Origin: an uncultured Elusimicrobium sp.
GTDB taxonomy: Bacteria; Elusimicrobiota; Elusimicrobia; Elusimicrobiales; Elusimicrobiaceae
Reading direction: 5' to 3'
DNA length: 41,633 bases
Assembly (NCBI GenBank): GCA_902767385.1
Contig: CACXHA010000040.1
Coordinates: forward strand, 1-41,633
Each line of letters opens with the position of its first letter. The first letter of the stretch is position 1. The translations under genes were made by a program, and so were the position numbers. This document shows positions 1 to 9,355 of the stretch, in pieces. The notes under the pieces are model-generated. The model was not told the origin of the DNA. It was given only the letters and a program-made list of their open reading frames with translations, and made no database searches.

Positions 1-75
1 CTGGAATTGGTATACAGGATAGTCTCAAAAACTATTGCCCGCACGGGCTTAAGGGTTCAAGTCCCTTCCCCGGTA
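1..75 (+). tRNA. tRNA-Leu(CAA), 5'-truncated by the window edge
   Basis: D-loop GGAATTGGTATAC, anticodon arm ATAGT-CTCAAAA-ACTAT (anticodon CAA), long variable arm GCCCGCACGGGC, T-arm AAGGG-TTCAAGT-CCCTT, acceptor 3' strand CCCCGGT plus discriminator A. CCA is not encoded. Confidence 0.93.
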
Positions 76-82
76 AAAATAT

Positions 83-107
83 AAACCTGCCTTTAGGTAG
101 GTTTTTT
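83..107 (+). terminator. Intrinsic terminator after the tRNA
   Basis: AAACCTGCC-TTTA-GGTAGGTTT followed by a T run. Confidence 0.75.
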
Positions 108-284
108 GTTTTTAGTCGGGGAGAGCATAAACTGCTTTTGTGCGTAAGGGACTTGAAACCCACAGCGGTGTCTTTGTTTAAGCGTGCGCAAACCGCGAAA
201 GGCAAAAACTGCAAGGGCGGTCCCGGGCGAAGTTTCCGTTAGGAAATTTACGTAGGGAACGCCATATTTTCCCCGTTACAACAT

Positions 285-307
285 AAAACCGCCTTTGGGG
301 CGGTTTT
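285..307. terminator. Bidirectional terminator
   Basis: AAAACCGCC-TTTGG-GGCGGTTTT, downstream of the minus-strand CDS ending at 335. Confidence 0.8.
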
Positions 308-334
308 ATATTTAAGTATCTTTTTGCAAGTCAG

Positions 335-829
335 CTATTTTAACAATTTATCAATTTCCACTGTTACTTGTTCTTCCATATCCGGGCGATAGCCTTCCCA
401 CATTTTTACTAAACGGTGTTTTTTGTCAAATAACATCGCGTGAGGCAATCCCTCTACGCCCAATCCTTCTGCCAGTTCCCCGGCATTGTACAACGTTTTG
501 GCAGCAAATCCGTTGTCTCTGGCTGCATCGCGCACCGGGCCAGGAATTTTGTCCATAAAAGCCCCTACAATCTCCACTTGCCCTGCATATTTTTTGTTTA
601 ACGAATTAACGGCAGGCATCGTTTTTTTGCACCAAGGACACCAAGAACCCATAAATACTATCAGCACCGGTTTTCCCTCATATTGGTCTGCTTGCCACCA
701 GCCGTTTTCATCATTGGCTACAGGCAACTGCACGGACGGTAGTGTTGCCACCTCCGGCAAATCCGGCATCTTGGGCATGCAAGCCACAGCTAACATACCT
801 ACTGCTACTAACGCAAATAATTTTTTCAT
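335..829 (-). CDS. TlpA/ResA-like thioredoxin-fold lipoprotein
   Basis: Start reassigned to MKKLFAL (AGGAG RBS upstream); lipobox LAVAC; FMGSWCPWC active site; GLP cis-Pro loop. Confidence 0.85.
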   Translation of the reverse strand: MKKLFALVAVGMLAVACMPKMPDLPEVATLPSVQLPVANDENGWWQADQYEGKPVLIVFMGSWCPWCKKTMPAVNSLNKKYAGQVEIVGAFMDKIPGPVRDAARDNGFAAKTLYNAGELAEGLGVEGLPHAMLFDKKHRLVKMWEGYRPDMEEQVTVEIDKLLK

Positions 830-887
830 TTTGTCTCCTACTGTTAAAGATTCCCTACAAGGGCTCATATATGATAGAATACAAAAG

Positions 888-2210
888 ATGGGTAAATTTA
901 TCAATGCTTTTGCTAGTTTTTTGGGTGAGCGGGTAGATATTCTAATCATGCCACGCAAGGGAGCTAGCACCAAATTTAAACTACACCGCCTAACTATTTT
1001 AGTCATTCTGCTGGCTTGGTTATGTGTTACAGCGGGCGGGATTTTATTTTTTATCCGCGGGTATGATTATAATGTCATAAAAGCAGATAATCACCTAATG
1101 CACCTTAAACTACAACTCATTGCCGACGAACTGGAACGCGGCCGCAAGTACATTGAACTAACCCACACAACCGACACCCAAATGCGCCAAATGCTGGGAA
1201 TGCCTAATAGTAAATTCTCGCTCTCTTCCAGTGATTGGGAAAAGAAGAAAACCCAACAAGATGAACGTGCCCAAAAACTTTTTTCAGGCAATTTAAAAGA
1301 CTTGGAAACTGACGAATTTGAACAATATGTTGACGATATAGAAGACAGTTCTAAAACACGTTTGGCTAGCTTTCAAGAAATCGCTTGGTACTTTGCCAAT
1401 CAAAAAGAAGGGTTACACTCTACCCCCTCTATCCGCCCATCTAATGCGCCTATCAGCTCCGGCTATGGATACCGTTTGGATCCGATGGGGCACCGCACCT
1501 CTAAAAAACACAATGGGGTAGATTTTGCCGGTAAGCCCGATAGTCCCATTTTTGTAACTGCGGACGGTGTTGTACGCCACGCAGGCTGGGTTCCCAGCTT
1601 TGGGCAAGCTATTTTAGTGGACCATGGTTTTGGGTATTCCACCCTCTATGCACACACAACCGGTGCGCAAGTAAAACCAGGAGATACTGTGAAACGAGGC
1701 GATAAAATTGCTACAATGGGTTCTAGTGGTCGTTCTACTGGAACGCATTTACATTACGAAGTGTGGAAAGACGGGCAACCCGTTAACCCGCGCAATATTT
1801 TAAATGAAATTAGGAGAATAGCTATGGGATTTTTAAAAAAAGATTCTGATTTTTCCTCCGGCGAACATTTCTCTGTCGTTAGTGCAGAATGCTACTTCCA
1901 AGGAACTTTAAATGTGCAAGGTTCCTTGCGGGTAGATGGCACCTTGGAAGGATCTGTAGATAATGCCCGCCACGTCATCGTTGGTGACGGAGGAAAAATT
2001 ATCGGTGATGTAACGGCCGAAATGGTGGTATGCGGTGGGGAAATTGAAGGCAATGTTTGCGCCAATATGCTGGAAATTTTTTCTAAAGCCGTCATCAACG
2101 GAGATATCCGCGCCAAAAAAATGATTGTAGAAGAAGGGGGCCGTATTGACGGGCGCTGCACCATCGGTGAAGAACAATCCGTTGAAGTGGAAACCGAGGA
2201 AGAAAATTAA
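888..2210 (+). CDS. Membrane-anchored M23 family metallopeptidase; as sequenced, in frame with the downstream bactofilin
   Basis: N-terminal TM (LTILVILLAWLCVTAGGILFF), coiled region, Zn motifs HNGVD and HLH; domain ends at VNPR near 1793; extended -10 TGATAGAAT 7 nt before the ATG at 888. Confidence 0.85.
   Translation: MGKFINAFASFLGERVDILIMPRKGASTKFKLHRLTILVILLAWLCVTAGGILFFIRGYDYNVIKADNHLMHLKLQLIADELERGRKYIELTHTTDTQMRQMLGMPNSKFSLSSSDWEKKKTQQDERAQKLFSGNLKDLETDEFEQYVDDIEDSSKTRLASFQEIAWYFANQKEGLHSTPSIRPSNAPISSGYGYRLDPMGHRTSKKHNGVDFAGKPDSPIFVTADGVVRHAGWVPSFGQAILVDHGFGYSTLYAHTTGAQVKPGDTVKRGDKIATMGSSGRSTGTHLHYEVWKDGQPVNPRNILNEIRRIAMGFLKKDSDFSSGEHFSVVSAECYFQGTLNVQGSLRVDGTLEGSVDNARHVIVGDGGKIIGDVTAEMVVCGGEIEGNVCANMLEIFSKAVINGDIRAKKMIVEEGGRIDGRCTIGEEQSVEVETEEEN
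1824..2210 (+). CDS. Bactofilin (polymer-forming cytoskeletal protein, CcmA family)
   Basis: Own RBS AGGAGA (1812-1817) and ATG; beta-helix repeats GSLRVDGTLEG, VVCGGEIEGNV, IVEEGGRIDG. Confidence 0.88.
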   Translation: MGFLKKDSDFSSGEHFSVVSAECYFQGTLNVQGSLRVDGTLEGSVDNARHVIVGDGGKIIGDVTAEMVVCGGEIEGNVCANMLEIFSKAVINGDIRAKKMIVEEGGRIDGRCTIGEEQSVEVETEEEN

Positions 2211-2227
2211 CATTTCGGAGTAAAAAT

Positions 2228-2908
2228 ATGATTTCGTTTCTAATTAAACATAAAAAATCCATTTTAATCATTACCCTGGCCTTTTTCTTGGGTAGTATCA
2301 TTTACATTGGGTTAGATGCTTATTCCCGCAGCAACTACAATTTAACGGCAGCTACCGTAGGTAACGAAAAGATTTCTTACCGAGATTTGTACCGTTTAAG
2401 CGACTTGCAAGCTAATCGTTTGCGTAGCCAAGGAATTGAGGTTAGCGAAGAGTTACTCAAAATGATCCAACAGCAAACCCTTTCTTCTATGGTTAGCGAA
2501 GAAATTTTAAACCAAGCTGCTCAAAAAGCAGGTCTGTTTGTGGCGGATTATGAAATTGCCTATGATATTAAAACTTCTCCTCTCTTTTCTGCTTCGGGGA
2601 AATTTGATAAAGACCAATATGCTTACGCTTTGCAAACTTATTCCGGCGTAACACCTGCCCAGTTTGAAAAACAACTACGCCGCGATAAACTGGCAGACCG
2701 TTTCCGCAAAGTGCTCTATTCCATTTATAAACTTACTCCGCAAGAAGCAAAGTACGCTTATCAAATACAAAACGGGAACTTAAACGATTTTGAAACTAAT
2801 AAAAAAGATTTTGTTCCCGCTCTCATGGAAACCAAAATGGAAACCGCCCAAAAAGCGTTTTTGGACGATTTTAACAATAAGGTAGAGATTAAAACGTTCT
2901 TGGAGTAA
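2228..2908 (+). CDS. SurA N-terminal domain protein (PpiD N-terminus-like periplasmic chaperone)
   Basis: N-terminal TM, AATVGNEKIS, EEILNQAAQKAGL, F..SGKFDKDQY patterns; no parvulin domain seen. Confidence 0.75.
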   Translation: MISFLIKHKKSILIITLAFFLGSIIYIGLDAYSRSNYNLTAATVGNEKISYRDLYRLSDLQANRLRSQGIEVSEELLKMIQQQTLSSMVSEEILNQAAQKAGLFVADYEIAYDIKTSPLFSASGKFDKDQYAYALQTYSGVTPAQFEKQLRRDKLADRFRKVLYSIYKLTPQEAKYAYQIQNGNLNDFETNKKDFVPALMETKMETAQKAFLDDFNNKVEIKTFLE

Positions 2909-2910
2909 GT

Positions 2911-3825
2911 GTGAAAAATACCGAAATGTTGGTAGTAGGTTCTGTTGCGTTTGATACCATTGAAAACGCCAATGGCCGTGCAGAACGGGTGTTGGGCGGA
3001 GCTGCTAGTTATGCTTCTATCTGCGCCAGCTATTTTACCAAACCAGCCGTAGTAGCGGTGGTCGGTACAGACTTTACCCAGCAATACCGAGAGCCGTTCC
3101 TTCAACGCAACGTAGATATTAGTAGCATAGAAGTAAAAGACGGCCTTACCTTTCATTGGGGTGGTAGCTACGATGCAGACTTTAACACCGCGTTTACTAA
3201 GTTTACCGATCTAAACGTATTTAAGGATTTTAAACCTATTCTTACCCAACAACAACAAAATGCCAAAGCGGTTTTTTTGGCAAATATAGACCCGGAACTG
3301 CAACTCTCGGTTTTAAAACAAGTCAAACGTCCGCGTCTGGTAGCTTGCGATACAATGAACTATTGGATTTCATCTAAGAAGGATTCTTTGTTAAAGGTAA
3401 TCAAGCAAATTGATATTTTATTCTTAAACGAAAATGAGGCCCGCCTTTTAACCGGTATTTACAATTTAATCCAAGCCGGCAAATGGCTACTGGGTAAAGG
3501 GGTTAAATACGTCATTATCAAGTTAGGATCCAACGGTTCTATGTTGGTCAGCAACAAAGGGATTGCCCAACTTCCCCCTTATATTTTGGAACACGTACAC
3601 GATACAACGGGTGCGGGCGATACCTTCGGCGGCGGTTTTACCGGGTATTTAGCCAGCCAAAAAAACTGGAGCAGTTTGCAGGCCATTAAACGCGCTATGA
3701 TGATCGGCAATGTAATGGCTTCGTTTACTATTGAGTCGTTTAGCGTAGCACGCTTGGCCAATTTAAACGCGCAAACCATCAACAAGCGCCTTAAAGAATA
3801 TACGGACATGTTACGCTTTGACTAA
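2911..3825 (+). CDS. PfkB/ribokinase family carbohydrate or nucleoside kinase
   Basis: VVGSVAFD, LGGAA, NENEA, DTTGAGDTFGGG signature; GTG start. Confidence 0.9.
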   Translation: MKNTEMLVVGSVAFDTIENANGRAERVLGGAASYASICASYFTKPAVVAVVGTDFTQQYREPFLQRNVDISSIEVKDGLTFHWGGSYDADFNTAFTKFTDLNVFKDFKPILTQQQQNAKAVFLANIDPELQLSVLKQVKRPRLVACDTMNYWISSKKDSLLKVIKQIDILFLNENEARLLTGIYNLIQAGKWLLGKGVKYVIIKLGSNGSMLVSNKGIAQLPPYILEHVHDTTGAGDTFGGGFTGYLASQKNWSSLQAIKRAMMIGNVMASFTIESFSVARLANLNAQTINKRLKEYTDMLRFD

Positions 3826-3847
3826 TCCGTTGGTCGCTTCTTTATTC

Positions 3848-3877
3848 TCCCCCAAAAAAATCTTTGGGGGATTTTTT
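3848..3877 (+). terminator. Intrinsic terminator
   Basis: TCCCCCAAA-AAAATC-TTTGGGGGA-TTTTTT. Confidence 0.8.
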
Positions 3878-3954
3878 ATAAATATATTCCGCCGTTCCCT
3901 CAAAATTTTATTATAATGAGAGTGTAATTATCTCAATCTCAAAGGAGAGTAACT

Positions 3955-6318
3955 ATGTGGTACGGTATTTCGTCCCTGCGTCCGTTTGAACAGTACGCAC
4001 TTTTTGGGGTACTAGCTATTGCGATAGCGGGGCTTTTGTATGCGTTATTTTTACGTCGGCAAGTAATGAACGAAGATGCCGGCTCTGCCAAAATGCAGGA
4101 AGTATGGGGAGCAATTCGCGAAGGCGCCAACGCGTATCTTAAACGACAGCTCAAAACCATTTTACCGCTCATTGGGTTACTGACTGTATGTTTGTTTTTA
4201 TCCGTATACATTGTACCGGTATCGCAAGATTCCATGGAACGCTTTGCAGGGTTAGACGGCGCTACCATTAAGTTAATTGCGGCGTTCGGGCGCGCCGGAG
4301 CGTTTATTTTGGGGGCAGTATTTTCGTTGTTAGTAGGTCAGTTAGGTATGCGCATTGCGGTGGATGCTAACGTGCGTGTGGCCGCGGCCTCTAAACGCAG
4401 TTTTGGGGATGCGCTACGTATTGCCTACCGCGCCGGAACCGTAACCGGTATGCTGACCGACGGGTTAGGATTATTTGGCGGAACGATTATTTTTATCATC
4501 TTTGGTATTGCCGCACCGGATGCGCTGTTAGGTTTTGGGTTTGGCGGTACGTTGCTGGCATTATTTATGCGTGTAGGCGGTGGTATTTACACCAAAGCTG
4601 CCGACGTAGGCGCGGACTTAGTCGGCAAAGTGGAAGCCGGTATCCCCGAAGATGACCCGCGCAACCCCGCCGTAGTGGCCGACCTAGTGGGTGATAACGT
4701 GGGAGACTGCGCCGGCATGGCTGCCGATATTTTTGAATCGTACGAAGTCACGATCGTATCCGGTTTAATTTTAGGGATTGGCCTGTGGCGTTTAACGGGG
4801 CACCACGAGTGGATTGTGTATCCGCTTTTGGTGCGTGGAATTGGGGTTTTGTGCTCTATTATCGGTACATACGCCGTTAAAGACTCTAAACGCTCTGCCG
4901 GAAACGCGATGAAAGCCATTTTTAAAGGATATTCTATTTCCGCCGCTATTTCCGTAGCCATTTTTGGGGTACTGGCATACTTTTATATGGACAATGTACC
5001 CGGCGGTTGGTGGCGTCCGTTTGCCGCTACCACCATTGGAATTATTTTGGCTATCGGCATTGACCGTTTGACCGAATATTTCACAGGCACCGAAAATAAG
5101 CCGGTACAAGAAGTCAAAAAATCTACCGCTACCGGCTCCGCCACCACTATCTTGTCCGGCATTGCCGTAGGGTTTGAATCGGCCGTATGGACCACACTTG
5201 TGATTGCGGCTTCCATTTTTTGCTCCGTCGTAATTTTCGGCACGATTGGCGGCCTTAGCCCGGTGGAAAAATTCAACTTTATCCTCTATGGTGTAGCCAT
5301 GACCGGTATCGGTATGCTTACGCTTACCGGTAACAACGTAGCGATGGATTCCTTCGGCCCGATTGCCGACAACGCCAACGGCATTGGAGAAATGGCCTGG
5401 CATGGGCAAGAAGACACAGAAACCAAAAAAGCGCGCCAAATTATGGCAGACTTAGACGGTGTAGGTAATACCACCAAAGCCATTACCAAAGGCGTAGCGA
5501 TTGGCTCGGCCGTCATTGCGGCGGTATCTTTGTTTGCTTCGTACATGGTGGATGTGAGCAACGTACAACGCTTGCTTAATGACGCCTGGGCCGCAGCCGG
5601 TAGAGAACAAGCACTTACGCTATTAAGTGAAGTAGGTATTGTGGTATCTAACCCGGTCGTATTTGTAGGTATGTTAATCGGCGGGGCACTCCCGTGGTTG
5701 TTCTCTTCCTTTGCTATTAACGCCGTCAGCCGCGCGGCTGCTTTAATTGTGCAAGAAGTACGCCGCCAATTTAAAGGCGGAGTGCTGGAAGGAAAAGCCA
5801 AGCCGGACTATACCCGCGCAGTAAATATTTCCACCGTAGCGGCGCAGAAAGAGCTAGTTATTTTAGCGTTATTGGGAATTATCTCACCCGTTGTGGTGGG
5901 GCTTACCTTTGGCGTGGAAGCTTTAGGCGGTTTTTTGGCCGGGATTATTGTTTCGGGGCAGCTTTTAGCCGTATTTATGTCCAATGCCGGCGGCACATGG
6001 GATAATGCCAAAAAAGTAGTAGAAGATGAACCCAGCGATATTGCCGCCAATACCGGCAAAGGGTCCGAACGACACAAAGCCAGCGTAGTGGGCGACACCG
6101 TAGGCGATCCTTTAAAAGACACCGCCGGTCCTGCCGTCAACCCGCTTATTAAAGTAGTTAATATGGTGGCGGTTATCGTAGCACCGATTATTGTAAATTA
6201 CCACAACGACTTTACACCTTTGGGTAAAATCGGCTGGGTGGTAGTTATTGTGCTGTTGTCCATTTTAAGTTGGGCAATTTTAACGAGCAAAAAACCCGCA
6301 CAAGATGTGACAAAATAA
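3955..6318 (+). CDS. hppA: Membrane H+-translocating pyrophosphatase, K+-independent type
   Basis: GGGIYTKAADVGADLVGKVEAGIPEDDPRNP, DNVGD, GDTVGDPLKD motifs; GNTTKA (Lys) determinant; many TM segments; AAGGAG RBS. Confidence 0.95.
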   Translation: MWYGISSLRPFEQYALFGVLAIAIAGLLYALFLRRQVMNEDAGSAKMQEVWGAIREGANAYLKRQLKTILPLIGLLTVCLFLSVYIVPVSQDSMERFAGLDGATIKLIAAFGRAGAFILGAVFSLLVGQLGMRIAVDANVRVAAASKRSFGDALRIAYRAGTVTGMLTDGLGLFGGTIIFIIFGIAAPDALLGFGFGGTLLALFMRVGGGIYTKAADVGADLVGKVEAGIPEDDPRNPAVVADLVGDNVGDCAGMAADIFESYEVTIVSGLILGIGLWRLTGHHEWIVYPLLVRGIGVLCSIIGTYAVKDSKRSAGNAMKAIFKGYSISAAISVAIFGVLAYFYMDNVPGGWWRPFAATTIGIILAIGIDRLTEYFTGTENKPVQEVKKSTATGSATTILSGIAVGFESAVWTTLVIAASIFCSVVIFGTIGGLSPVEKFNFILYGVAMTGIGMLTLTGNNVAMDSFGPIADNANGIGEMAWHGQEDTETKKARQIMADLDGVGNTTKAITKGVAIGSAVIAAVSLFASYMVDVSNVQRLLNDAWAAAGREQALTLLSEVGIVVSNPVVFVGMLIGGALPWLFSSFAINAVSRAAALIVQEVRRQFKGGVLEGKAKPDYTRAVNISTVAAQKELVILALLGIISPVVVGLTFGVEALGGFLAGIIVSGQLLAVFMSNAGGTWDNAKKVVEDEPSDIAANTGKGSERHKASVVGDTVGDPLKDTAGPAVNPLIKVVNMVAVIVAPIIVNYHNDFTPLGKIGWVVVIVLLSILSWAILTSKKPAQDVTK

Positions 6319-6330
6319 GGAAGATTATTC

Positions 6331-6361
6331 AAAGTCCCGCTCGTACAAGCGGGACTTTTTT
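6331..6361 (+). terminator. Intrinsic terminator
   Basis: AAAGTCCCGCT-CGTACA-AGCGGGACTTT plus T run. Confidence 0.88.
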
Positions 6362-6375
6362 GCTATGATAGAAAT

Positions 6376-7185
6376 ATGACTTATTTACTTATTTGTATTT
6401 TCCTTTTAGTAATCTTAATGTTAGTGGCTAGCAACACAAGGGCAGCCAAACTTAAACGTATGGCGCGCACCTTAAACCTGCGTTATGACAACCAGGTAGA
6501 TTCCGTTTTATCGCCGGATTCTTCCGCCCAAGCTCAATTTTTTAAGCAAGGTTTGCATCAATTCTACCACGTGCTTACTTTCCGCGACCCGGGCTCTTTT
6601 GTCCGCGTGTGCGAAGACCGCATCTTTTCCTCTCCGCTAGATAAAAAACCGCTTCAAGCTTACACGTTGGTAACGGCAGAACTAACTAAAGATACCTTCC
6701 CCTCCTTTGTACTAAAACCCCGAAAATCTGAACAAGCAGACAGCCACCCTTTGCCTGCCGACTTGGCAACGCGCTACACGTTAAGCGCCCCGGAAGGATT
6801 CTCATTACCTTCTATGGTGATCAGCTTTTTGAAAGCACACCCCCTGTGCTATGTAGAATGTACCGAAACCGCCTTAATTTATTGCGAGTTTAGCAACGCC
6901 TCTATGGAGCAATTACAACCCTTACGTTTCCGGGCTTTGCAACTGATAAAGGATTTGGTGAAAAAGGAAGATGTGAAGCAGGTGGAAGAAGGAACTCCCA
7001 AACCACAATTAACCGATGAACAATTGCAGGCTCAAATTTTGCTCAAACTGCAAACCGCGTCGCCCCGTACGCCCCGAGCAACCGCCTCAAATACACACTA
7101 TATCTATGGGCTTATCCTGCTTGTATTTTTGAGCGCTATGATGTTTCTTACGTGGTACGCCTTGCACAACTGGGTAGCAAAATAG
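6376..7185 (+). CDS. Hypothetical membrane protein (N- and C-terminal TM helices)
   Basis: 269-aa ORF with hydrophobic ends; extended -10 TGCTATGAT 6 nt before the ATG. Confidence 0.75.
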   Translation: MTYLLICIFLLVILMLVASNTRAAKLKRMARTLNLRYDNQVDSVLSPDSSAQAQFFKQGLHQFYHVLTFRDPGSFVRVCEDRIFSSPLDKKPLQAYTLVTAELTKDTFPSFVLKPRKSEQADSHPLPADLATRYTLSAPEGFSLPSMVISFLKAHPLCYVECTETALIYCEFSNASMEQLQPLRFRALQLIKDLVKKEDVKQVEEGTPKPQLTDEQLQAQILLKLQTASPRTPRATASNTHYIYGLILLVFLSAMMFLTWYALHNWVAK

Positions 7186-7222
7186 GTCCAAATAACCTTT
7201 GCGTCTAGGTCCAAAGACCCTA
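7183..7222. promoter_or_regulatory. Tandem putative operator (TAGGTCCAAA direct repeat; GGTC-N4-GACC palindrome)
   Basis: TAGGTCCAAATAACC (7183-7197) and TAGGTCCAAAGACCCTA (7206-7222); related sites near 20998 and 31360. Confidence 0.5.
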
Positions 7223-7255
7223 CTTTTTTTGTTTCATTTATTTCATACTATAAGT

Positions 7256-7672
7256 ATGAAAAAGATTATTTTATGTATCAGTGTTGTTTTATGTTTCTCG
7301 GGCCTGGCCTACTCTCAAAAGAAATCTACTTCAGGTACGTTAAACGCTTGGTTGGATAGGTTGTTTGCCGAGCAAGAGACACAACGCCTAAAATCCTATT
7401 ACGTAGACCGCGCAACTGCCGATTTGTGCGAAAAATGGAACTCATGCGCAAAGTGGGCTTTTGAGCAATATTCACAAGATCAATCTTTCAAGGTAGTCAA
7501 GGCTCAGTTGAAAACCAGGCGCCGGGTAAAACGCCACGCTGTTACCAAAGAAACGCACCTATTTGTAGAGGCTTCCTACGCGCACCGCACCGTACGTTTG
7601 GAATTTATTACCCCCAAAGCATCCGGGCGCAAAAAGCCTTACAATTATATTGCCAAATTCCCCGATAAATAA
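7256..7672 (+). CDS. Hypothetical secreted protein
   Basis: Start reassigned to MKKIILCISVVLCFSGLAYS (signal peptide); basic 138-aa protein. Confidence 0.7.
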   Translation: MKKIILCISVVLCFSGLAYSQKKSTSGTLNAWLDRLFAEQETQRLKSYYVDRATADLCEKWNSCAKWAFEQYSQDQSFKVVKAQLKTRRRVKRHAVTKETHLFVEASYAHRTVRLEFITPKASGRKKPYNYIAKFPDK

Positions 7673-7695
7673 TCCCCTAAACGGGGGTTATTTTT
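7668..7695 (+). terminator. Intrinsic terminator
   Basis: AATAATCCCC-TAAAC-GGGGGTTATT-TTT. Confidence 0.7.
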
Positions 7696-7723
7696 ATGCC
7701 GCACAATATGCTAGAATAAATCT

Positions 7724-8335
7724 ATGATAGCGTATTTAACCGGTACCGTTTTAGAAGCACGAGAAGAAAGCGTTGTCCTTGTTTGCGGCGGAGTAGGGTA
7801 TGAAATCAACTTGCCCGCTTCTTCTGCCGCTGAACTCACGCAAGGCACGCAAGCTTCGTTTTACGTTGCCGAGTCTATTTCCCCGTATGATGGTACGGTA
7901 CTTTACGGTTTTGCCCATAAAGAAGATAAAGAACTGTGGTATTTGTTCAAAACCGCTATCCCCAATACCGGGCCCAAAAAGGCTTTAGAGTATTTGAATA
8001 AAGCGCTGCGGTCTATAGCGGATTTTCACCACGCCATTGTGGCACGTGACCCTAAAATTTTAACCAGTATCTTCGGCTTTACCGCTAAGACGGCAGAAAA
8101 GCTGATCACTTCGCTTAAAGATAAAATGGACGGTGTATCTATCCAAGGCGAAACAAAAATTAAAGTGGCCAACGAAGTGCCGTATATGTCGGGCGTGTTA
8201 GAGGCCCTTACGGCCTTGGGATATTCGGCCAGTGAATCACGCCGCGCACTTGAAAAATTGCACACGCAAGGTATTAAACCGACTGAAAAACTGGAAAACG
8301 TTGTCACAGAGGCCCTGCGGGTATTAACCAAATGA
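7724..8335 (+). CDS. ruvA: Holliday junction branch migration protein RuvA
   Basis: MIAYLTG, GGVGYEI, LYGF, HhH motifs ([16 protein letters not shown]), ALTALGY C-domain; overlaps ruvB. Confidence 0.93.
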   Translation: MIAYLTGTVLEAREESVVLVCGGVGYEINLPASSAAELTQGTQASFYVAESISPYDGTVLYGFAHKEDKELWYLFKTAIPNTGPKKALEYLNKALRSIADFHHAIVARDPKILTSIFGFTAKTAEKLITSLKDKMDGVSIQGETKIKVANEVPYMSGVLEALTALGYSASESRRALEKLHTQGIKPTEKLENVVTEALRVLTK

Positions 8336-9354
8336 GTAACCAAAATGAAATTTTAGATGTCACCCAACTTCCCGATGAATCCGCCGGGCTAGAAGCCGCT
8401 TTGCGCCCCACTACCCTAGACGAATTTGTAGGGCAAGAAAAACTCAAAGAGAATTTGCGTATTTTTATTAAGGCCGCCAAATCGCGCAAAGAAGCACTAG
8501 ACCATTGTCTATTTTACGCACCGCCCGGGTTAGGCAAAACAACGTTGGCCAACATTTTAGCCAAAGAGTTGGGCGTAAATATCAAAGTTACCTCCGGGCC
8601 GGTACTGGCGCGCCCCGGCGATTTAGCCGCCATGCTTACCACCGAACTGGCCGAAGGGGATATTTTATTTATTGATGAAATTCACCGCCTTAACCCAGCT
8701 GTGGAAGAAGCTCTTTACCCGGCCATGGAAGATTTTACTTTCTTTATTAACACCGGCAAAGGGGCCGGTTCCACCACCTTAAAATTAGCCGTACCGCACT
8801 TTACCTTGGTGGGAGCTACTACCCGCTCGGGATTATTGACCGGGCCGCTGCGTGACCGCTTTGGCATTGTATTTAATTTGGGGTTTTATGAAGTGCCCGA
8901 AATTACCGATATTTTGGCCCGCTCCGCGCGTCTTCTTAACATTGAAGCGGACCGCGAAGGCTTAACGGAACTGGCCAAACGTTCCCGCGGGACCCCGCGT
9001 ATAGCTAACCGGCTTTTGCGCCGCGCACGAGATTTTGCACAAGTCAAAGGCCAAGGCGTTATTACCTATGAAATTGCCACAACGGCCATGGATTCTTTAG
9101 ACATTGATAACGAAGGGTTAGATAGCGTAGATAAGCGCATTTTAGAAGCGCTCGTTGACCGTTTTTCCGGCGGACCGGTAGGCGTAGAAAACCTGGCAAT
9201 TGCCGTAAGCGAATCGGTAGATACACTTACAGACGTCATTGAGCCCTTCCTCATTAAAGCGGGTTTTATTGCCCGCACCCCGCGCGGACGCGTGGCTACG
9301 CGCAAAGCGTACGAACATATGGGCCGACAGGTCGCTCAAGAATTATTATTTTAG
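8332..9354 (+). CDS. ruvB: Holliday junction branch migration helicase RuvB
   Basis: [54 protein letters not shown]. Confidence 0.98.
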   Translation: MSNQNEILDVTQLPDESAGLEAALRPTTLDEFVGQEKLKENLRIFIKAAKSRKEALDHCLFYAPPGLGKTTLANILAKELGVNIKVTSGPVLARPGDLAAMLTTELAEGDILFIDEIHRLNPAVEEALYPAMEDFTFFINTGKGAGSTTLKLAVPHFTLVGATTRSGLLTGPLRDRFGIVFNLGFYEVPEITDILARSARLLNIEADREGLTELAKRSRGTPRIANRLLRRARDFAQVKGQGVITYEIATTAMDSLDIDNEGLDSVDKRILEALVDRFSGGPVGVENLAIAVSESVDTLTDVIEPFLIKAGFIARTPRGRVATRKAYEHMGRQVAQELLF

Positions 9355-9355
9355 T

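Larger units (their letters stand above)
66..307. repeat. tRNA-linked element bounded by a degenerate direct repeat of the tRNA 3' end plus terminator
   Basis: 66-107 TTCCCCGGTA..AAACCTGCCTTTAGGTAGGTTTT resembles 269-307 TTCCCCGTTA..AAAACCGCCTTTGGGGCGGTTTT; 146-161 is antisense to the tRNA T-arm. Confidence 0.55.

Noticed and set aside
32-214. 60-aa minus-strand ORF
   Set aside because: It is the antisense of the tRNA and its trailer; PGKGLEPL is a typical translation of a reversed tRNA T-arm.
486-887. N-terminal extension of the 574-aa ORF, and the 830-1006 extension of the TlpA ORF
   Set aside because: The extensions overlap the opposite gene. Better starts are 888 (after a -10 box) and 829 (after AGGAG, giving a lipoprotein signal).
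76-2210. Prophage or genomic island integrated at tRNA-Leu
   Set aside because: No integrase or phage genes; ordinary envelope genes resume at 335, so only the ~200-nt insert is supported.
4587-6140. Several long antisense ORFs inside hppA
   Set aside because: Shadow frames of a well-conserved gene, with no RBS or recognisable motif.
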